A DNA stretch of 64,000 bases from Cyanidioschyzon merolae. Taxonomy: Eukaryota. Position numbers and translations under genes: made by a program. The notes under the pieces were generated by a model. It was not told where the DNA came from. It did no database searches and was given only the letters and a program-made list of their open reading frames with translations. Below, piece by piece: positions 57,648 through 64,000 of this stretch. The DNA is taken from assembly GCA_000091205.1 (NCBI GenBank), contig AP006487.2; one strand, written 5' to 3'. How positions within the stretch are numbered: the first letter of the stretch is position 1; each line of letters begins with the position of its first letter.

Positions 57648-60149
57648 GACTAGGGAGAGCACGGACCGTGAAGTTTCCCGGGAACCTCTAACGCAGCCAG
57701 CGCTGAAACAACGTTCGACGTCGACCTATACGTCACAAGCAACGTTCATGTGTTCTATTGCGCACCGCGGCGGAGGCGACGACTACGCCCGCTCCCATTG
57801 TACCAAAGTGTCCCTTAGATCTAATATAGTACATAAATATTAAGGCTCAGATTCGGATGCATGCGTCGATCGCTGCGGAGCGATCAAACCGGTCGATATT
57901 TCTTATCGATCGGACAAGTTTACATTGGCAGGGGATCCCGCCTGCTGCATTGAGGTCGGCAACTAAGATAGCGTCCATTTTTCCACGCCGTGCCTACAAG
58001 TTGCCTCAGCCAATGTACATATATCACCTGTGTGATACTGGTCATTTGCGCGCATCACCGTGCGACATGCCAGCCGTAAATGCCCCTCAAACCGCCTGTT
58101 GCGCGGGCAGAGATACCGCACGGCTACAGTACGGATTTGCTCTACGTTTGAGGGCGCCATCATGAGGCGCGGTTCATCTGACGCGGGCACAGGTTTGCTG
58201 TGGTGCCGGGATCCATGAGGCCGCTCGGGAAGGCCTACAGAAGGCGTTAGCGTGAATCGACACACTGGTTGACCACGGCTTCCATAGCGGCACCGAGACA
58301 TAGGCCGCACACTTCGACTTCCGGATAAAGTATGTTGCGGAACAGCCGGTCAGGCCTCGCCAAAGCACCTACCACTGGGCCAGAGGAGGCGCACGGTTTA
58401 CGAGCTCCCTGTGGACTCGTCCTGTTCTTGGGAACTTCCGTTGACAACATAAAGTTGCGATCATACGGAAAACGTTCTCATCTTTGAACTCTTGACGTGG
58501 ACGAGGAAGCCGTTATCATGTTGCTCGTTAGAGATCATTTAAAGTTCTTTGGGAAATTTTCAACTAGTTAATGGTATGTTTGCGCACCGATGACGATGCA
58601 TACTGCCACGCCATCGGGCTCGAGACAATGCAATGTGAATCCTGGCTGCGTTGGGACCCTCCCGTTCCTGCCGTTTTCCCTCTCGCACCTTTCTTTTGAC
58701 TCCTTTGCATACCGTTCATGCAGCTTTTTACGAGTGCTTTCGAATCTTCAGGCGGAAATTGCGTAGTTCGCTAAATGAGCTCCAATTCAGCGATCAAGAC
58801 CACTTCTTCGAGGCTCATGTCCTGTAGGCGCTTCTGTCCCGCCTTCGTACTGGTGCACCCTCCAAAACAGAAAAAAGCACGAACGGAAGCGCCGGTACAT
58901 GAGAGCGAGATACGCGATCGCAGAAGACGAAAGATTCTTCCCTCTAGAGAATCTCTGGAGCCGCGCTCTGTATGCAAGGCTACCGTCGCTTTCGTGGGCG
59001 AGTTACTCGCTGATGGTAGGTCCACCTTTTCCTCGGCGTCTTCATCTTTGAGGAATATTCAGTGAATGTTCATCCCGCTTTGTCTCCTCCGAGCCCACAA
59101 GCTTCAAAAAGCGCGCAGTATGAAGCGCTCCTTCATGCCGCGCATGCTGGTATCCTAGTCGTCGCTGTTTCATCATCACGTCATCGAATCCAAAACGCGC
59201 TGGTGGGGCTAAACGCTGACATGGTTCATGGCCGCCGCGGGTAGTTTTCCGCCCACGTACTTCTTTATACTATCCAGACCACTTTTACCCACCATGCGAG
59301 TGATGCCCTCGTCTTCCGAGAATTCGTTCACTGGGGAACTGATGAGCGCACTGCCTCGATCAAAGCAAGGACCAGATGAGGATTGTTCGATTTGTATTCG
59401 AGAAGAGTGAGGATATGGTGGGCCGTCCCTGCCAACAACGCCTCTAACAATTTCCTCCCTTGTGTAAGGTCACCAACGCATTGGATTTACGGTGTCTTGA
59501 GCATAAGGTACGCGCATCGCTGAAGCTTTCTACAAAGAAGTGCGTATTTCCAGACGTGGACTACAATTTCTGGTAAGCGCATATGTGTTTCGAGGCATCT
59601 CCTAAGACAGTAGAGTAGAGTGGCGATAAGTGCAGATGCGTATCCAGAAGGGTTCCCGGGAAATGAGCTTTCTGGTGGAAGGCGCTACGTCCATTAGTGG
59701 CGAATTTCTTGGGTCGCAATACACACCTCTTTTCCAAACACTTCGAGATATCCTTTTTGCCCTTTCAGCGTTGTTTCGCTGTCATACATGGAGTGTTGTG
59801 GCTGTGCACCTCCTCTGAAAACAAAATATATGTATTTTTTATAATTTTCGTATTCTCTTTTCTTGATGCCCCTTTGAGAAGGCGCGATCAGCAAACTTCT
59901 ATAGACTCGGCAAAATAATCTCCAGCGAGCTGGGCGGCTGTAATCACTGCGGGAAGAGCAAGGAGCGCCAGTTCGTTTAGTAGAAGATCCGAGGCACAGA
60001 AACGTCCATTTGCTTCCCTGAAGATGTTCTTCAGCGCCTGAGGATATTCTTAATCCCGTTGATCCATGGAGAATAAATCGAAGTGTGTAAGATGAACAAT
60101 GCTCTCTTCTGGGGGTTTTCCGACCAGGAGAGGATTTATCTAACGCGTG

Positions 60150-60950
60150 GCTGTGTATGATGGAACAAGTTCCTACAGAAACATCTCGGCTGGAGAGCAG
60201 CTCGAGAAAATTCGGTCCGTCTTCGCTGCCCTCCTGCGTAGCGGCGACGCACTCTCCGTGGGAATCGATAGCTGCAATGCCTGAAGTCGGAGTCCAAGAT
60301 CATTATCCATGGATACAGAGACGACGCGAGCCTCTGCATCCATGTTCTGTTCGAGGGATCATGCTGCCATCGATTACCTCTTCGTCAATGGCCGCAAGGA
60401 GAGGAAATTTTGCCTCCCGAGAGAAAAAGAGATCATCTGAAGTGACGTTTTCAGTGAACTTCCGACATAGGATTGTGAAGAAGGCCTTTGGGGCTATTGT
60501 CGAGCATGATTCCTCTTCAATCCAGCGGCGCACGCTGCGGCGCCCGGGAGTCGCCTTGGAACAGAAAGATCGAAAACTTGAAGACCGCATGATTCGCGCA
60601 TGCCACAAGTGAGGAAAACAGAATCGTGGATGCTTGAAAGTACAAATCGGGTAACTGTATCGGAAGCTTTACGAGCCATTAGTCGAAGGTGCTACGAATC
60701 ACCTTGATTCCTGTGACATACCGAAATCCAGAGGCAGAGCGCCGATGGAGCGCCTCCGAGCCTACGACCAAGAATCCTACGAATACGTATGAATCCGTGC
60801 CCCCTCATTGCTGGCCGTCGAATGTCGGGGCTATTCACTTACCAAAATTTTGGGAAAACGATCAAAAGGCAGGTGCAGTGCGATTAGTATTGTGTTCCAC
60901 AGTGATATGAAACAGGTGTGGTGGAATTACGAACCATTGTTCCTGGTTCC
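60150..60950 (+). mobile_element. Older, diverged and truncated copy of the 1.14 kb inverted-repeat family
   Basis: ORF 60157..60612 (...THSPWESIAAMPEVGVQDHYPWIQRRREPLHP...) is homologous to 19609..19863 (TYALFETIAAMARARLQDPF...). ORF 60689..60910 (MLRITLIPVTYRNPEAERRWSASEPTTKNPTNTYESVPPH...) is homologous to 20051..20389 (MASRIILIPIKYRIPASKSGGSHSENTTENPESMHGTVSPH...). The order and orientation are the same. Nucleotide identity is roughly 70%. Confidence 0.5.
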
Positions 60951-61116
60951 GATGCGCACAGCTGCTGAATCAATCCGTTCGATCTCTGAGGGCGTGTTGT
61001 GAAAGTCCGGACACCGCTTTGTTCTGTTGCGCTGGTCTGCCATTCATCGTACACTGCTGAGAAGCGGCGTACTTGCGCCCACAAGCTGATACAGCGGACT
61101 GACCAATGATTACCTC

Positions 61117-63879
61117 ATGAAAGGTTACGCGCCTTCGAGCTACCGATTTCTTCATTACATCGTAGGTCGTGTCGGAGGATCGACTGGGAGGCGATTCTGT
61201 AACTGGGAATGGAAAGCGTTGTTGACGCCTGGTTCCGCGGTTCAGACCCCAGTGCTGGGCCGGAAATCTTTGCCTTCCTGCGTGGCGTTGCTCAGTACTT
61301 ACCGTGGACTGATCAGAAGTGTAGCATGCAGCGAGCACTTGCAACAAAATGCTGGAATTCTGTCTGGAATGCTCGGGTATCGGGGCTTCGGTCGCTTTGA
61401 GCGAGGGGCTACTCCGAGTCGCAACGCACCAGAGGAAGATATTCATCCCGGCAAGCAGTCCACAAAGAGCTCGTCCTCTAGTTCAGGAAGCACCTCAGAT
61501 TCAAAATCCCAAACTAATGCTCAAGGTGAAAACTGGAAGGGTAGAAAGCCAGAGTCAAACGGCGGCGAGCCACAGCAACCTTTCGATATCGGTTGGCTGT
61601 TCCAGTTGCTGCTGGCGGGTGGAATCTTTTACGCACTCAACTCGGGCGAGGGAAACGATTCGTCAGGCAGCGGCACAGGTATGCGACGTGAGATTAACTT
61701 TCAGCAGTTTGTGCGAGATTTGTTAGAGCCTGGTCTTGTCGATCACTTGGAAATCGTGAATCGCCAGACAGCATACGTTTACGTGAAACAAACTTATCAA
61801 GGCGAACCGTCGAAGCGTAGTGCCGGAAGTCGACAAACAGCTGAAGATGTTGTGCTTGATACCGGGGTGGATCAACCCCAGCGAGACGCCCTATGGGAGA
61901 CAAGCGCGCAACCACAGCTCACTGGCGAGGATTACTCTGGCTCAGAATCACCACCAGCTGCCATCCGCCGGCCACGAGGAGATGGAGTTAGCGACTCCAA
62001 GAGACTCAACAGGCCAACTGTCATGTATTACTTCACGTTAGGTTCTGTGGAATCGTTTGAAAGAAAGTTGGAACAGGCGGAGAAATCCCTAGGAATCGAT
62101 CCAATACCAGTCGTGTATCGGTCCGAAAATGCGGGCATGTTCGGAGAGCTACTGAGATTACTACCAACGCTGATCATTCTGGGACTTGGATATGCGCTGT
62201 TTCGCAACTCTTTCTCAGCGTTATCGGGACCCGGAGGTGCTGCAAGAAACATCTTCCAAGTAGGGAAAGCGAATCCCACGGTGATCAAAAAAGGTGCCAA
62301 AGGCAGCGAGCGTGTAACCTTTGCAGAAGTTGCTGGCCTTGATGAGGCTAAGATGGAGGTCATGGAGCTTGTCGATTTTCTGCGGGATCCCAAGAAGTAC
62401 AAGGATCTGGGAGCAAAGATTCCGAAAGGTGCGCTTCTGGTGGGCCCACCTGGAACAGGTAAGACGCTTTTAGCAAAGGCGGTTGCCGGTGAGGCAGATG
62501 TACCGTTCTTCTCTATGTCCGGTTCAGATTTCATTGAGATGTTTGTCGGCATAGGGCCGTCGCGTGTGCGTGATTTGTTTGCGCAGGCTCGACAGAACGC
62601 ACCCTGCATCGTCTTTATAGACGAGATAGACGCAGTGGGAAGAGCGCGCGGTCGCGGTGGTTTCGGTGGTGGCAATGATGAACGGGAGAACACGTTAAAT
62701 GCGCTTCTAGTCGAGATGGACGGCTTTTCTTCGCAGGAGGGCATCGTCGTTCTCGCGGGGACAAATCGGGTCGATATCCTCGACAAAGCACTGCTGCGCC
62801 CGGGGCGCTTCGATCGTCGTATCAATATAGACAAACCCGACATCAAAGGTCGCTTCGAAATTTACAAGGTACACCTGCGGAAGATCCGCATCGCATCCAG
62901 TGCTGGCGGTGTCGAAAACGTTGCTAAGAGACTCGCAGCCTTGACACCTGGCTTCTCCGGTGCAGATATTGCGAATTCGTGCAATGAGGCTGCATTAATC
63001 GCCGCTAGAGCGAACAAAGACAGTGTGGAACTTGCTGACTTTGAGTCCGCTATCGACCGAGTCATTGGCGGTCTCGAGAAGAAAAATTTAGTAGTTCTTC
63101 CTGAGGAGCGAGAGATAGTTGCTCACCACGAGGCGGGACACGCAGTCGCATCTTGGTTCACGAAGCACGCTGATCCATTGTTGAAGGTGTCGATTGTGCC
63201 CAGAGGATCCGCAGCGCTGGGTTTTGCGCAATATCTTCCAAGGGATCGGTTTCTGCAAACCCGTGAAGAGCTTGAAGATTTTCTGGTTGTCGCCCTCGGC
63301 GGGAGAGCGGCGGAAAAATTGGTCTTTGGCCGAATTACGACTGGCGCTCAAGATGATCTTGAAAGGGTCACGCGGCTGGTCTACGCTGCCATTACTCGCT
63401 TCGGTATGTCCAAAAGAGTGGGCACGATATCGTTCAACACAGAGATGGATAGCGATGCACAGTTTCAGAAACCCTTCTCTGAAGAAACGGCAGAAATCAT
63501 CGATACAGAAGCCCGAACGATGGTGGACAAGGCCTATTCGCGCTGTGAAGAACTTCTTCAAGCACATTTGAATGAGTTGAAGGCGTTGGCAAGGCTGCTT
63601 CTTGAGAAAGAAGTTGTCCGTGAGGATGATCTGATCCAAATCTTGGGGTCAAAGCCGTTTAGAAAGGCAGTGGATTACGATTCTATCGTTTCTGCGTTTG
63701 AGAAAGCTCGAGCACAGCGAGCTCCGACAGGAACAGATCATAACAGGAGTCCGTCGGTCAGTAATGACAGCAGAGACGGATCTGGCCCTACCTCCCATGG
63801 TTCAACGAACCCTGACAGGGAAGATCACCCAGACAATTCTGATGGGATTCCGCCCGGACTTATGCCAGAGCTTGCATGA
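61117..63879 (+). CDS. AFG3L2: Mitochondrial m-AAA protease subunit, an AFG3L2/Yta10-12-like FtsH-family AAA+ metalloprotease
   Basis: There are two TM helices ([17 protein letters not shown]; [18 protein letters not shown]). The AAA+ module has [63 protein letters not shown] and the second region of homology. The HEAGHAV zinc-binding motif is present. Long blocks are near-identical to AFG3L2 (EMFVGVGPARVRDLFA...[12 protein letters not shown]...). It starts with an ATG at 61117. Confidence 0.92.
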   Translation: MKGYAPSSYRFLHYIVGRVGGSTGRRFCNWEWKALLTPGSAVQTPVLGRKSLPSCVALLSTYRGLIRSVACSEHLQQNAGILSGMLGYRGFGRFERGATPSRNAPEEDIHPGKQSTKSSSSSSGSTSDSKSQTNAQGENWKGRKPESNGGEPQQPFDIGWLFQLLLAGGIFYALNSGEGNDSSGSGTGMRREINFQQFVRDLLEPGLVDHLEIVNRQTAYVYVKQTYQGEPSKRSAGSRQTAEDVVLDTGVDQPQRDALWETSAQPQLTGEDYSGSESPPAAIRRPRGDGVSDSKRLNRPTVMYYFTLGSVESFERKLEQAEKSLGIDPIPVVYRSENAGMFGELLRLLPTLIILGLGYALFRNSFSALSGPGGAARNIFQVGKANPTVIKKGAKGSERVTFAEVAGLDEAKMEVMELVDFLRDPKKYKDLGAKIPKGALLVGPPGTGKTLLAKAVAGEADVPFFSMSGSDFIEMFVGIGPSRVRDLFAQARQNAPCIVFIDEIDAVGRARGRGGFGGGNDERENTLNALLVEMDGFSSQEGIVVLAGTNRVDILDKALLRPGRFDRRINIDKPDIKGRFEIYKVHLRKIRIASSAGGVENVAKRLAALTPGFSGADIANSCNEAALIAARANKDSVELADFESAIDRVIGGLEKKNLVVLPEEREIVAHHEAGHAVASWFTKHADPLLKVSIVPRGSAALGFAQYLPRDRFLQTREELEDFLVVALGGRAAEKLVFGRITTGAQDDLERVTRLVYAAITRFGMSKRVGTISFNTEMDSDAQFQKPFSEETAEIIDTEARTMVDKAYSRCEELLQAHLNELKALARLLLEKEVVREDDLIQILGSKPFRKAVDYDSIVSAFEKARAQRAPTGTDHNRSPSVSNDSRDGSGPTSHGSTNPDREDHPDNSDGIPPGLMPELA

Positions 63880-64000
63880 GAGTCACAAATCTTGTGCGAG
63901 ATTGCCTTGCCGAGACCAATAAAATGACTCTGATAAGACTGTCGACTGAACGCCAGAGCGTCAGATCCTGGTGAAATCCTGGTTATGAACAGGTCAATGC

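Overview
This window reads as eukaryotic nuclear DNA at roughly 50% GC. It contains long, uninterrupted ORFs for conserved housekeeping proteins, so it appears intron-poor, and a tRNA gene lacking an encoded CCA. Several dispersed repeat families sit between the genes.

Protein genes called with good support:
- cysteinyl-tRNA synthetase
- a bacterial-type, presumably organellar, isoleucyl-tRNA synthetase
- a WDR3/UTP12-like U3 snoRNP WD40 protein
- a mitochondrial m-AAA protease of the AFG3 class
- a THF1/Psb29 plastid protein whose N-terminus looks like a red-algal or glaucophyte transit peptide
- a CCT-motif protein
- a CTD-small-phosphatase-like FCP1-homology phosphatase
- a membrane-anchored M20 peptidase
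- ribosomal proteins eL29 and uS15 (RPS13)

Protein genes called with lower support:
- a chalcone-isomerase-fold protein
- a RAD51-paralog-like ATPase
- an L7Ae-family RNA-binding protein
- a BRCT-domain protein
- an NDUFB3-like small membrane protein

One tRNA-Gly(UCC) gene is present.

The gene set (plastid THF1, CCT motif) fits a photosynthetic eukaryote, possibly a red alga. That assignment is inference only.

The accessory content is the most interesting part.
- There is a roughly 2.3 kb frame-disrupted TnpB/Fanzor-like RNA-guided-nuclease ORF. Its RuvC-I, RuvC-II and RuvC-III motifs are recognisable.
- Two internally deleted derivatives of that element lie in divergent promoter regions.
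- A near-identical roughly 1.36 kb repeat occurs three times within 12 kb and has short TIR-like ends (TAAAATGGAA...TTCCATTTTA).
- A 1.14 kb inverted-repeat pair brackets an 8.9 kb gene-containing segment.
- A diverged third copy of the inverted-repeat family lies near 60.1-60.95 kb.
- The 1.36 kb repeat and the inverted-repeat family share a roughly 100 bp palindrome-rich core and a common terminal about 150 bp, so they form one superfamily.

All calls come from reading motifs in the supplied translations and sequence. No database searches were run.
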